Below, piece by piece: positions 47,875 to 57,879 of a stretch of 64,000 nt of DNA. Made by a program: the position numbers and the translations under genes. The stretch is taken from contig OY760937.1 of the NCBI GenBank assembly GCA_963664225.1, positions 3,968,001-4,032,000 on the forward strand, given 5' to 3'. How positions within the stretch are numbered: position 1 is the stretch's first letter; each line of letters starts with the position of its first letter. The notes under the pieces were generated by a model that saw only the letters and a program-made list of their open reading frames with translations, made no database searches and was not told where the DNA came from. The DNA is from Verrucomicrobiia bacterium (GTDB lineage: Bacteria > Verrucomicrobiota > Verrucomicrobiia > Limisphaerales > UBA1319).

Positions 47875-50394
47875 TTACTCCGCCCGGACGCGGAGGTTAT
47901 CGAAGGTTGCTGCGGCGGATTGATACTGGCGCACTCCAATGGCGCCCGAGGCGTAAGTCGAATCGGTGACGACCAGTTTGGGCTGTTTCGATTCCGGCTG
48001 GTCATCCACAAACACGCTGATTTTCGAGCCGCGGGCCACGATCTTCAAGTGATGCGGCTTTCCCGCTTCGATTTGGAGTGGTGCGGAAGCGAGGCTCTTG
48101 TAGTGACTGCCATCGGCAAGGCCCAACTGCACATTGCCACCTTCAGCCGACAGGCCCACGTAGTATCCCAGATAGGCGTCGGCGCCCATCGCTGGTTTGG
48201 TGACGCGGAAGATCACGCCCGCATTTCCCTTGGAGCCGACCACCACATCCGCCTCGTAGGTGAAGTCCGCGAAGCGCGCGCCCGTGGCCACCGCTTTGAC
48301 TCCGGGCCAGACGCCACCGCCCTCATTCGAGGCCGGCTTGAGCACGCCATTGCGAACCATCCACCCGCCACCATAAGTAATCCAGCCCGCCATGCTGCCA
48401 TCATCGAACAAGGCGTTGAACGTCTTGAGCGTCGTGGCGGGCGCGCCGATCCAGGGCATGTCAGTGACCCGCAAACTCAGAGCGCCAAATGGGGCCAGGG
48501 TGATGGATTGTACCGGTTCAGCAGACTGTACCGGGCTGTAAGGTGGATCGAGCGCCATGCGTCCGTAGGCCGCGAGCCCCCAGTCCGGGAGCCTTTGCGC
48601 TTTGGCCGTGATGGTGACCGGCGGATTTTGAAACGGACTCTCGGTCATGGGCTGCCGGGTGAGCTTCAACGAAGCTGCCGGATTCTTCGGATCGATGGCC
48701 AGCGCGTAGTTCCACGGGGATTCCGGGGTTATCTCAAATTCGTGGAAGCCGCTTTTTTCGCGAGTGGCGACGGTCCATTGCTCCTTGATGCGCAGGGAGA
48801 AGAGCAGGGGACCGCTGGTGATGTGCAGGGAATTGTTGACGCCTTTCACGGCGCGCAATGGCATGGGCAGATCGACGGTGACGACATCGCCCGGGGTCCA
48901 GGTGCGTGTCAGCGTGTGAAAACTGCCGGGTTTGACGCCGCCTTGTTTTCTGCCATTGACCTTGACCACCGGTTTGGCGCACCAGGACGGAATGCGGAGC
49001 TTCAAGGGAAAGGCTGTCGGAGCTTCCGGTTTGACCGTGAAACGAACCTGCTCCTCGAAGGGATAGCCCGTCTCCTCGACAATGCGCACCGCGGTGCCAG
49101 CGCCCTGGCCGACCTTGGCGGAGACCGTGGTGGGCGCGTAGGCGAGAACCGCCAGGCCATTGTCGTCCGTCGCAGCCCAACTGTTCATGGTGAACTTGGG
49201 CCAGCCCATGTGGACATTGTAGCAGCAGCAGTGGCAGCCTGAATGCGGCCCGGGGAGCAACGCGTCATCGTAGTCCTGGAGAAAACCGTTTGCACTTCGT
49301 TTGGCGATGACTTCGTTAGCCAGGGTGTAGTATTGGTAGCCGCGGATGTCCTTGGTCCAGGCTGCGGGCAGGGCGTTAAAGGCGAGCGTCTCGAGATGAT
49401 CGCCAAGGGCGGCATCGCCCAAAATCTGAAGCGAGGTTTCGTCGCTCAACATCTGTTCGACAATGGAGCAGAACTCCACACCCTGGCCTGAGCTGGTGCC
49501 GGAGAGAAATTCGCTGCCCGAATTGATTCCAAACGAGGTGCCGTGATCGCGCATAAGCTGGCGTTGTCCCTCATAAATGGATTCGCGGTCCTCTTTTGCG
49601 CCGGAACGCTGCCAGTAAACCGGCGGCAGCTTCATGGCCTGCGGAATATTCACATTATGCTTGGGATGAAAATCGTCGCCGAACCATTGAAATTGATTCT
49701 GGTGGTGAATGGCCACCCAGTCGTAGGCCTGCTTTTTGAGCAGGTCGGCCAGTTCGAGCAGGAAGGCATCGCCCGTGCGGTTGTAGAGCCAGAACGCCGT
49801 CTCCATGTCGTCCCCGGCGCGGGCCTTGCCCCAATCGCGCAGCGGGCGTCCCGGCAATGCTCCCAGCATGTGGCGATAGTAGCGCGTCAAAAAGGGAATC
49901 ACCCGGGCATCGCCGATGGCATCGGCGTAATCGCGCAAAACATGGTTCATCACCATGCGCGGCCACCAATCGTCATTGCTGGTCGGCCCGTAAAAACCAT
50001 CAGCGCGCTGGCTGTTTAAGGCCCATTCGATCCATTTTGTCGATTTGGCCTTCAGGTCGGCATCGCCCAAGGTGTACGCCAGCGGCACCAGGCCCTTGAC
50101 GAAGTAGGGGCCCTTCTCCCAATTCTCGCCCTTGCCACCGAGCCAGCCGTTGCTGGAGTCCAGTTCGGGAATCGCCTCCTCGCCGTGTCCGGTCAGGCCG
50201 TCGCGCTGGAGCTCGAGTTGTTTCAGCAGCCAGCCATTGGCCTGCACGCTGCCCAGAGGCAGGGCGGTGAAGGGCTTTTCGTGCAATGGGGCGCGGTTGT
50301 CGATGTAGAGGGTGTTTGCCGCCTGGACGGATCCGAAGGTCAGCAGTGCCAGGGAGAGCAGGCCCGCTCTTTGCAATAGGGATGATAGTTTCAT
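47875..50394 (-). CDS. GH127/GH146-like beta-L-arabinofuranosidase with C-terminal DUF1080-like domain
   Basis: GWL..QL...GLTG, VEFCSIVE, HCCCYN, T.YPFEE, LRIPSW; signal peptide. Confidence 0.82.
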   Translation of the reverse strand: MKLSSLLQRAGLLSLALLTFGSVQAANTLYIDNRAPLHEKPFTALPLGSVQANGWLLKQLELQRDGLTGHGEEAIPELDSSNGWLGGKGENWEKGPYFVKGLVPLAYTLGDADLKAKSTKWIEWALNSQRADGFYGPTSNDDWWPRMVMNHVLRDYADAIGDARVIPFLTRYYRHMLGALPGRPLRDWGKARAGDDMETAFWLYNRTGDAFLLELADLLKKQAYDWVAIHHQNQFQWFGDDFHPKHNVNIPQAMKLPPVYWQRSGAKEDRESIYEGQRQLMRDHGTSFGINSGSEFLSGTSSGQGVEFCSIVEQMLSDETSLQILGDAALGDHLETLAFNALPAAWTKDIRGYQYYTLANEVIAKRSANGFLQDYDDALLPGPHSGCHCCCYNVHMGWPKFTMNSWAATDDNGLAVLAYAPTTVSAKVGQGAGTAVRIVEETGYPFEEQVRFTVKPEAPTAFPLKLRIPSWCAKPVVKVNGRKQGGVKPGSFHTLTRTWTPGDVVTVDLPMPLRAVKGVNNSLHITSGPLLFSLRIKEQWTVATREKSGFHEFEITPESPWNYALAIDPKNPAASLKLTRQPMTESPFQNPPVTITAKAQRLPDWGLAAYGRMALDPPYSPVQSAEPVQSITLAPFGALSLRVTDMPWIGAPATTLKTFNALFDDGSMAGWITYGGGWMVRNGVLKPASNEGGGVWPGVKAVATGARFADFTYEADVVVGSKGNAGVIFRVTKPAMGADAYLGYYVGLSAEGGNVQLGLADGSHYKSLASAPLQIEAGKPHHLKIVARGSKISVFVDDQPESKQPKLVVTDSTYASGAIGVRQYQSAAATFDNLRVRAE

Positions 50395-50509
50395 GCGTTT
50401 GACAGGTGGAGGGTAGCGAAAATCGTTTATGATAAAAAACAAAAAACCCGAAAATCCGTTCGTTGTTACTGATCGGATCTTCGGGTTGCAGTGAATCGTT
50501 ATGCCCTGT

Positions 50510-53137
50510 TTATTTTGCGGCAGTGACGGGGACCACATCGACAATGCCGGCGTCGAGGAACTGGCCGCCCCGCGTTTGGATGCAGTGGATGGCGATGGTG
50601 TTTTTGCCCGGTTTCAACGTGGCTTTGGCGGCGGCGGAGATGGCTTCCTCCTCGTAGGCGGAAACGAAGCCGCTGAGGCTCGCTGCCAGGACGCCGTTAA
50701 TATAGACCGTGGCATCCTCGTCGTGATCGATCGACAATTGGAGATTGCTCCATTTCCCGGCGGGCATTTCAAACTCGCGGCGAATCCAGATGTTATCGGT
50801 ATTCCAGGTGGTGCGCACGATTCCGCCCGGGGTGCCTTTGGTACCGAAACCAGCCTCGCCCTCATTCCAGGCCGTGGCATCGAAGTCCGGTTTGAACCAG
50901 CCATCAGCGGGTTTTTTCATGGTGTAATGCCACTTCAAAGGCTCTTTGGTGGAGTCCGGAACCACGACAACCGTCTTGGGCGGAACCGGCAGCGCGGCCC
51001 AGTGCGCGGAGCGGGTGGTGTCCCGTGCGGCCCATTTCTTCCAGATCGCCTTGTCATAAAGCATTTTCAGGAACACGCCGCCAACAACCGGACGACTGTG
51101 CATGAAGGCGTGATGACCGCTGACGGTGTTGTAGGCATCGCCCATGCCCACGCGCTCGGGCGTTTCATTCACGTACCGGTAAACAGGGCTCATGATGGTC
51201 TCGAAATCGGCGGCATCGCCCGTCAGGCAGGCGGTCCACAAGCTCCAATCCAATTTTGCCAGGTCACCCTTGCCCCGGTAATCCAGGGAAACACCGAACG
51301 GATTCAACTTCGTCTTGTAGAAATCCATTTCCTTGCGCAGCACTGAATCGGGGAAGATGTCCAGGCCGAGGATTTTATCCCAGACCATGTTATACTTCTG
51401 GCTCCAGCTGCCCTGTTTGTCGAAGGCCAGCCGGAAATGGTCGCCATCATTGGCTTCCTTGACCCAGCGTTCGGCGAAAGACTTGGCCAGATCATGACAC
51501 GCCTTGGCTTCAGCCTTGTCCCCGTGCATCTCGCGCAAGTAGCCATACGAAGCCAGGCCCAGGATGGCCTTGGCCGAGAGGTTCACGTTGTGAGCCAGGT
51601 GCCCCATGAAGTCATCTGTGCAGAGCTGGTTTTCAGGATCGAATCCCTTGTCCTTGAGGTAATCCGCCCATCGTTTGAGTGTGCCCCAATAAGGAGCGAC
51701 GAAATCGACGTTGCCTTCCATTTGCGCCAGCGCGGCGACCAGGATGAGCATGTTGCCGGTTTCCTCCACCGGCATCTGGTTCTCCTCGGTCAATTCGCCA
51801 CCGCCGTACACCTGGGCGTTGGCCTTGGGATAGGTGCCCATATCGTGCGGCGCGAAAGGCCATTTCCACCGCGGTGAACTGGCGTAGTCCAGATTGGAAA
51901 CCAACATGGCCTTGGTCAGCGAGGGGCCGAAGAGCAGAAATTGGGGCGCCATCGGGTAGATGATATCCACGGTGCCGATGCAGCCGTTGCTGGTGTTTTC
52001 CTTGGGGAACAGCAGGGGTTGGCCGTTTTCATCTGCGGCGATCTTGTTGCCGGCCAGACATTGACGGTAGGCCAGTGCGCAGATCTGGGCGTATTTCTCA
52101 CCACCCACTTTGCGGAGATCCGCCATCAATTCGTTATCGAAGGCAACACATTGTTTGGTCAGGGAAACGTAGTCGCGGGCGGCTTCCGTTAGAAGACCGG
52201 CGGCATCCAAACCGTTACGACGCCAGTAGGGGCGCAGGTTCTTCTTGAAATATTGGATGCTGTATTGGTCGTCATAGGCGAGGACCAGCCAGCGCGACAC
52301 GGGTTTGTCCCCCACCTTGCCCATGGCAAAAGTCAAGGCGGCCACGGGCGTTTGCGCGCCCACGTTGACCGCGGACGGCATGCTGGGCGCCGGTTCCTTG
52401 GAAAGGGCGCCGGTGTTTACGAATGCCTCGCGGCTTTTCACCGAAACCACGCCGTAGGAGGTCGTCTGACGCACAGGCGCGGCCGCATACATATAACCCC
52501 AATCAATCCGGCGATCATCCCCGGTCTTTCCGAGAACTTGTTGATCTTTGGAACCGAATTTCACGGCCGCGAGTCGTCCGACTTTCTCGGATGAACCGGT
52601 CACCTGCTGGGCCGGATCGTCCACCACGGCTTCGGCGGTGTTATCGTAATAGACCGAAACGGCGTGTTTTGCGCCATCCACCGATTTGGCTTCCCAGGTC
52701 AGGTAGGTCACCGGCCGGGACAAGAGGTCGATGTTTCCGGGCAACGCGGGCGTCATAAAGGTCAGTGTCAGATGCACCCCGGCGTCCTCGAACTGATAAA
52801 TGGTGCGCGTGGGCAGGACTTCCAAGCCGGTTTGTTTCATCGGCGCGACACCGGAGGGTTCAGCCCCCATGACGCGAAAGGCACGGTCGTCGATCCGCAC
52901 CATGCTTGTGAGTTGGTTCGCTTTGCGGGTCCAATGCGTGGTGGGAACATCGGTGAGGCGGTCTGCACCGGACCAGATGCTAAAATAAGGATCGCAGGCC
53001 ACCAGGGGCACTGCGGGTGGGCGCAAATTGGGTTGGGCTGCCTGGGCGGGTAGAATAATTGCGGCGGTGGCAAGCAGCGCGCCGAGTAAGCCGTCGGCCA
53101 TTCGACGCCAACCAGGTCTCGTATGGGTAAGTTTCAT
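50510..53137 (-). CDS. GtaA (glutaminase A)-like DUF4964/DUF5127/DUF4965 protein with C-terminal sugar-binding-like domain
   Basis: RPPAVPL..DPYFSIW, KENTSNG..GTVD, APHDMGTYP.A, MPVEE.GNM, QLCTDDF.G, RPVVGG. Confidence 0.85.
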   Translation of the reverse strand: MKLTHTRPGWRRMADGLLGALLATAAIILPAQAAQPNLRPPAVPLVACDPYFSIWSGADRLTDVPTTHWTRKANQLTSMVRIDDRAFRVMGAEPSGVAPMKQTGLEVLPTRTIYQFEDAGVHLTLTFMTPALPGNIDLLSRPVTYLTWEAKSVDGAKHAVSVYYDNTAEAVVDDPAQQVTGSSEKVGRLAAVKFGSKDQQVLGKTGDDRRIDWGYMYAAAPVRQTTSYGVVSVKSREAFVNTGALSKEPAPSMPSAVNVGAQTPVAALTFAMGKVGDKPVSRWLVLAYDDQYSIQYFKKNLRPYWRRNGLDAAGLLTEAARDYVSLTKQCVAFDNELMADLRKVGGEKYAQICALAYRQCLAGNKIAADENGQPLLFPKENTSNGCIGTVDIIYPMAPQFLLFGPSLTKAMLVSNLDYASSPRWKWPFAPHDMGTYPKANAQVYGGGELTEENQMPVEETGNMLILVAALAQMEGNVDFVAPYWGTLKRWADYLKDKGFDPENQLCTDDFMGHLAHNVNLSAKAILGLASYGYLREMHGDKAEAKACHDLAKSFAERWVKEANDGDHFRLAFDKQGSWSQKYNMVWDKILGLDIFPDSVLRKEMDFYKTKLNPFGVSLDYRGKGDLAKLDWSLWTACLTGDAADFETIMSPVYRYVNETPERVGMGDAYNTVSGHHAFMHSRPVVGGVFLKMLYDKAIWKKWAARDTTRSAHWAALPVPPKTVVVVPDSTKEPLKWHYTMKKPADGWFKPDFDATAWNEGEAGFGTKGTPGGIVRTTWNTDNIWIRREFEMPAGKWSNLQLSIDHDEDATVYINGVLAASLSGFVSAYEEEAISAAAKATLKPGKNTIAIHCIQTRGGQFLDAGIVDVVPVTAAK

Positions 53138-53364
53138 ATTATCCTGCCACCATAACCGTCAGAACTTGTCCCCTACAAGCCGCATGAAGTGGGGACACGC
53201 TTGAAGGCGTGGCGATACGAAAGCCCAATAAGCGCTCCGCGCCAGCGTGCAGAACGGGAGAAAACGGGCTGAAATGTTGACGGTGAGAAAAGAAACTGCG
53301 GATTCAAGCCTGCCGGGGGCTGTTCTCCCGGCAGGTTGATGCGGTATTTTATATGCGCTCTGAA

Positions 53365-54660
53365 TTACTCAATCCTGCACAGACGGGCGGTGTAAGCGCC
53401 ATCCACGCCGTCGGTGAAAGGGGCGAGCGCCCGTTCAGCAGACAACGTAAAATCGGGATTTTCCTTCAGGAACGTGTGAACCACCTCCTGGTTTTCCTCC
53501 GGTTCGAGGCTGCAGGTGCTATAGACCATGGTACCGCCCGGTTTCAGTTGGCCGGCGCACTGGCGCAAAATGCCCGACTGGCATCGGCTCAGGCGCTCGA
53601 TTTCCTCAGGGCGCAAACGCCAGCGCAAATCCACGCGCCTGCGCATCACGCCGGTATTGGAGCATGGGGCATCGACGAGGATGCGATCGAATTGCACGCC
53701 AGTGGGCGCGGTGAGGGTTGAGGATTGGATCTTTGCGCAGGTGACACTCAGGCGCGCGCAGTTTTCCTCCACCAACTTGAGCCGCATGGTATCCATGTCT
53801 TCGGCGACAAGCTGACCCTGGTTCTTCATCAATTGGGCAATGAAAGCTGTCTTCCCGCCAGGTGCGGCACAGGCGTCGAGGATGGTTTCTCCCGGTTGCG
53901 GGGCCAAAGTGGCCACGGCGAGCAAGGTGCTGGGGTCCTGGAGATAAAATAGTCCTTTCTGGAAACTCGGCAGGGTCGCCAGCGGTGGATGGTTTTTTAG
54001 TTCATACACCGTGCCTGTGTCGAGCCAATCGCACATTTTTGGGGCGTACTCGACCTGTTCGGTCTGCCAGAGGGCCATGAGGTCGCCCACGTTGCCTCGC
54101 AGCGTATTGAGCCGGGCAAAGGTGGGGGGAGGAGTGTTGTTCCAATCCATCAATTGGATCGCTTTATCGACCCCGAAGCGGGTTTGCCACCGGTCATAGA
54201 GCCATAAGGGGTGTGAATATCCCAAGGCGGGCTGTTCTGTCCTTAGGAGCGCCAATAGGGCGACAGTTTGTTCACGCTCCCGTCCATACCCGCGCAAAAC
54301 GGCATTGACGAATCCGGCCTGGGACGAGAAACCGCGCTTCTTGGCCAGTTCCACCGTTTCGTTGACGGCGGCGTAGTTGGGCACGCGATCGAGCCAGAAC
54401 ATCTGGTAGAGGCCAAGTTGCAACAATGTGCGCAACAATGGCTTTTGAGGACGACCGGCGGTTTTGCGGTCGATCATCCAGTCGAGGGTGGCCTGGGCAC
54501 GGACGACTCCATAGACCAGTTCCTGCAACAAGCGCCGATCCGGCGCGGAGAGGCTCGTTTCAAAGAGCGCTTGTTCCAGACGTTTCTCGACGTATTCCTG
54601 CCCTGAGAGGCCAGGGCTTAAAACTTCGACCGCAATTTCTCTTGGTTTTGGCAAATGCAC
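53365..54660 (-). CDS. rsmB: 16S rRNA m5C967 methyltransferase
   Basis: NusB-like N-terminus, QD, DACAAPGGKT, DAPCSNTG, YSTCS. Confidence 0.93.
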   Translation of the reverse strand: MHLPKPREIAVEVLSPGLSGQEYVEKRLEQALFETSLSAPDRRLLQELVYGVVRAQATLDWMIDRKTAGRPQKPLLRTLLQLGLYQMFWLDRVPNYAAVNETVELAKKRGFSSQAGFVNAVLRGYGREREQTVALLALLRTEQPALGYSHPLWLYDRWQTRFGVDKAIQLMDWNNTPPPTFARLNTLRGNVGDLMALWQTEQVEYAPKMCDWLDTGTVYELKNHPPLATLPSFQKGLFYLQDPSTLLAVATLAPQPGETILDACAAPGGKTAFIAQLMKNQGQLVAEDMDTMRLKLVEENCARLSVTCAKIQSSTLTAPTGVQFDRILVDAPCSNTGVMRRRVDLRWRLRPEEIERLSRCQSGILRQCAGQLKPGGTMVYSTCSLEPEENQEVVHTFLKENPDFTLSAERALAPFTDGVDGAYTARLCRIE

Positions 54661-54705
54661 GCGGTAATAATGTCAGACTATTGAGTTCAGACGAGAAATA
54701 AAACT

Positions 54706-56574
54706 ATGAGAGACGAGTTAGAGAAATTAGTGGCAGCAGGCAGAATCAACCGCCAACACGTCGAACCTCTCATGCAGTTGGCGCAGTCGGGGTACTGTAT
54801 GCACAAGAGTTGGGGCTTCGGGCGCATCACAACGGTCGATACGATTTCCAGCCGGTTCATGATCGATTTCAGCTCCAAGCCCGGCCATTCGATGGACCTG
54901 GCTTTTGCAGCGGAATCCCTCAAACCCATAGCCAAGGATCACATTCTGGCCCGAAAGGCAGCGGATATCACCGGTGTGCGCCAGATGGCCGCCCTGCATC
55001 ACCTGGATCTCATCAAGGTCGTACTGCAAAGCTATGGCGGCAAGGCCACTCTGGAGCAGATCCAGAAGGCGCTCGTGCCTGATGTTATTTCCGAGGATTG
55101 GCGCAAATGGTGGGAAGCGGCCCGGCATGAATTGAAAAAAGACGGGCATTTCCAATTGCCGAATAAGAAGAGCGAGCCGGTCATGTATCAGCCTGAGGTT
55201 CTTTCGCAGGAAGATCGGTTGATGTGCGATTTCAAGGCGGCCAAGGGGCTCAAGGCCCGGTTGACCCAAACCCAGGAAATCATCAAGACCCTCAGCGATT
55301 TCAAAGATTCAAAGGCGATTGCCGCCCAAGTGCTCGAACTGCTCAACACGGAGATCGGCACCCACCAAAAAAACCAGCCCTCGCTGGCCCTCGAAGCCAT
55401 TTTCGTTCGTGACGAAGTCTATAAGGCTGCGGAAATTGAGCCCGATGGCTCAGCACTGACTGCGAAAGCCGTCTGGTCATTGAATCCAAGCCTGGACGAA
55501 GTCATCGATCCGATGCCCACCGCCCGTCACAAGCAGGCGCTGCATTCCTTCAGGGACTCCAACAAGGAAGACTGGGATCGCAAACTCCTGGAGTCCCTTA
55601 ATTCCGCTTCGACCAAACTGTGTGGTGAAGCCGCCGATGTTCTCATTGAAGAAGGCCACCTGACCCAGATCAAGGAATTGGTGGTGCGTTTGATCAGCCA
55701 GCATGCCGCAAGCAGTGAATTGTTGCTGTGGCTCGCCAAGGAGCGTTCCGATTCCTTCGCCGATATTCTGGGGCCTGAAGTTTTCCGCGCCATGCTTACC
55801 GCCATTGAGCGCGACCAGTTTAATGAGAAAAAGTCCAATCGCCTGCGCGATTTCATCCTGGACGACAAATCCCTGCTGGTTGAATTGATTGAATCGGCCG
55901 ACATCGAGGTGATCAAGGATTTGACGCGCACCCTGCAATTGTCGCCGAGCTTCGATGACATGGACAAACGTTCGCTTCTGGCCCGCATTGTGAAGCATTT
56001 CCCAGTCATTCAAGCGCTCATCTCCGGGGATCAGCATGCGCGTCAGGACACCAGCCTGGTCGTTTCCTGGTCGAGTCTCGAGCGTCGCAAGGACGAATAC
56101 ACGGAGCTGGTGCACAAGAAAATCCCGGCCAATTCCAAGGAAATTGCGATTGCGCGCAGCTATGGGGATTTGCGCGAGAACCATGAATACAAGGCGGCCA
56201 AGGAGATGCAGAAAATCCTGATGCGAAACAAGGCCGAATTGGAAAATCAACTCGGACGCTCCCGGGGCACTGATTTCGCCAATCCTCGCACCGACGTGGT
56301 GAGCATTGGCACCCGCGTGCGCGTGACCGATCTGATCACCTCTAATGTGGAGACTTACGCCATTCTGGGGGCGTGGGACTTCGACGCCGAGAAGAGCATC
56401 ATCAGCTACCTCACGCCGATGGCTCAAGGGATGCTCAATCACAAGCCGGGCGACGAGGTTGAATTTGAGCTTGAGGGCGCGAAGAAGCGGTATCGGGTTG
56501 AGGCGATCGAGGCTTATAAAATGCAGGGCAGCAAGGAAGCGGGTTCGGAAGTCCAAGCCCAGCCACAGGTCTGA
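54706..56574 (+). CDS. greA: Long-form GreA transcription elongation factor
   Basis: C-terminal ARSYGDLRENHEYKAAK and IISYLTP; about 450-aa N-terminal extension beginning HKSWGFG. Confidence 0.9.
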   Translation: MRDELEKLVAAGRINRQHVEPLMQLAQSGYCMHKSWGFGRITTVDTISSRFMIDFSSKPGHSMDLAFAAESLKPIAKDHILARKAADITGVRQMAALHHLDLIKVVLQSYGGKATLEQIQKALVPDVISEDWRKWWEAARHELKKDGHFQLPNKKSEPVMYQPEVLSQEDRLMCDFKAAKGLKARLTQTQEIIKTLSDFKDSKAIAAQVLELLNTEIGTHQKNQPSLALEAIFVRDEVYKAAEIEPDGSALTAKAVWSLNPSLDEVIDPMPTARHKQALHSFRDSNKEDWDRKLLESLNSASTKLCGEAADVLIEEGHLTQIKELVVRLISQHAASSELLLWLAKERSDSFADILGPEVFRAMLTAIERDQFNEKKSNRLRDFILDDKSLLVELIESADIEVIKDLTRTLQLSPSFDDMDKRSLLARIVKHFPVIQALISGDQHARQDTSLVVSWSSLERRKDEYTELVHKKIPANSKEIAIARSYGDLRENHEYKAAKEMQKILMRNKAELENQLGRSRGTDFANPRTDVVSIGTRVRVTDLITSNVETYAILGAWDFDAEKSIISYLTPMAQGMLNHKPGDEVEFELEGAKKRYRVEAIEAYKMQGSKEAGSEVQAQPQV

Positions 56575-56595
56575 TTCAAACCGGAATGAAATTTG

Positions 56596-56625
56596 AAAAC
56601 CGCGGGTTAACGCCCGCGGTTTTTT
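56596..56625. terminator. Bidirectional terminator
   Basis: AAAACCGCGGG-TTAACG-CCCGCGGTTTTTT between convergent genes. Confidence 0.85.
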
Positions 56626-56660
56626 ATTGTTATGCCAGCGCTGAGAGTGGTGGCGGTCTG

Positions 56661-57788
56661 CTATTGCTTAACCCCGGTGAGGCTGCGTAAGAAATCGACT
56701 TCAAGCGTGCTATAAGGCGTACCGTTTTTGCGGAAGATGTCGTGAAACCATACCGGCGGCTCGCCCGCGTAGGTTTTTTCCCAGGAATCCCAGGGATAAA
56801 TGGTCTGGGTCTTCCCCGAGACAAATCCCCAATTATATGCGCCCACTTTCGCCGCTTTCAAATAGGGGAGGATTATTTCGAACGTGCTGCCCGCGGGACG
56901 CGCCATGTATTCGGTGCAGAGAATTGGACGATGATAACGCTGGAGGGAGGCAACGCGCCCCTTCATTTCGTCGAGTTTTCCATAGTTATGAAAGGAAATG
57001 ACGTCGGAGTTCTCAAACATGAACCGGTCGATTTCCGAGAGTTTATCCGTACTGGTCCAGTCGCCCATCCACGGCGCGGCAGTCAATGGCTGGGTGGGAT
57101 TGACCTCGCGGGCCCAGGCGAATGCTTTCTTGATGAGCATCAGGGAATACTCGGCCTTGTTGGCAGGCTCGAATTTCACATAAGCCGGGCGGTTGATATT
57201 GTCGGGTTCGTTGAAGAGGTCCCAAGCATGGATTCGTTTGTCTTTGCGGAAATGGCTGATCACTCCCTGGATGTAGGGTTTCAATTCGTCGTGCCGGGCG
57301 GGGTCCTTGAGAATGAGCAGGCCCGGACACTGGACCCAGCCTGAATTGTGCAGATGCGGTTTGGGTTCGCGTTGCAGACCGGATTGGGGGAATGGATCCC
57401 AGCAGGCGTCCATCAGGACGAATATGACGCCGATGTGGTGTTTGTCAGCCAGAGTCAGGAATTTATCGATGCGCGCCACGAACCCTTTGGAATCCTGTCG
57501 CCAGGGAATATTATGCAAAAAGACCCGGATGCTGTTGAACCCCAACTCCTGGGCCCACTGCAATTCACGGTCGATCGTGTCGGTGTCGAACGTTTCAGCC
57601 TGCCACATTTCCAACTGGTTGATGGCCGTGCTGGGTGAGAAATTACAGCCGACGAGCCAGCCTTTTTTGGCCTGCCAGGCCATCGCCTTGTCCGCAGGCC
57701 AGGGGCCGGGTTCGGTCTTGGCGCCAACGGTTGCTGCGGCCACGAGGGCCAGAACAACCGCGAGGGCCCATTGAAAGAGTTTCTTCAT
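56661..57788 (-). CDS. Secreted GH5-like glycoside hydrolase
   Basis: AINQLEMWQ, GFNSIRVFLH, WDLFNEP, SFHNY, CTEY. Confidence 0.85.
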   Translation of the reverse strand: MKKLFQWALAVVLALVAAATVGAKTEPGPWPADKAMAWQAKKGWLVGCNFSPSTAINQLEMWQAETFDTDTIDRELQWAQELGFNSIRVFLHNIPWRQDSKGFVARIDKFLTLADKHHIGVIFVLMDACWDPFPQSGLQREPKPHLHNSGWVQCPGLLILKDPARHDELKPYIQGVISHFRKDKRIHAWDLFNEPDNINRPAYVKFEPANKAEYSLMLIKKAFAWAREVNPTQPLTAAPWMGDWTSTDKLSEIDRFMFENSDVISFHNYGKLDEMKGRVASLQRYHRPILCTEYMARPAGSTFEIILPYLKAAKVGAYNWGFVSGKTQTIYPWDSWEKTYAGEPPVWFHDIFRKNGTPYSTLEVDFLRSLTGVKQ

Positions 57789-57879
57789 AATATTAAACAG
57801 GGGATCATCATTAATGGAACGCGATGTTGAAGTAAACCTTTCCCTGCTGGGAATACGGTTTTCCACAGTTGATGGAGGG

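Noticed and set aside
47698..49242. 514-aa plus-strand ORF
   Set aside because: Antisense to the GH127-like gene, with no motifs; typical of GC-rich codon bias.
55477..56556. 359-aa minus-strand ORF (likewise 3335-4309 and 68-685)
   Set aside because: Antisense shadows of greA, infC and the phosphoesterase gene.
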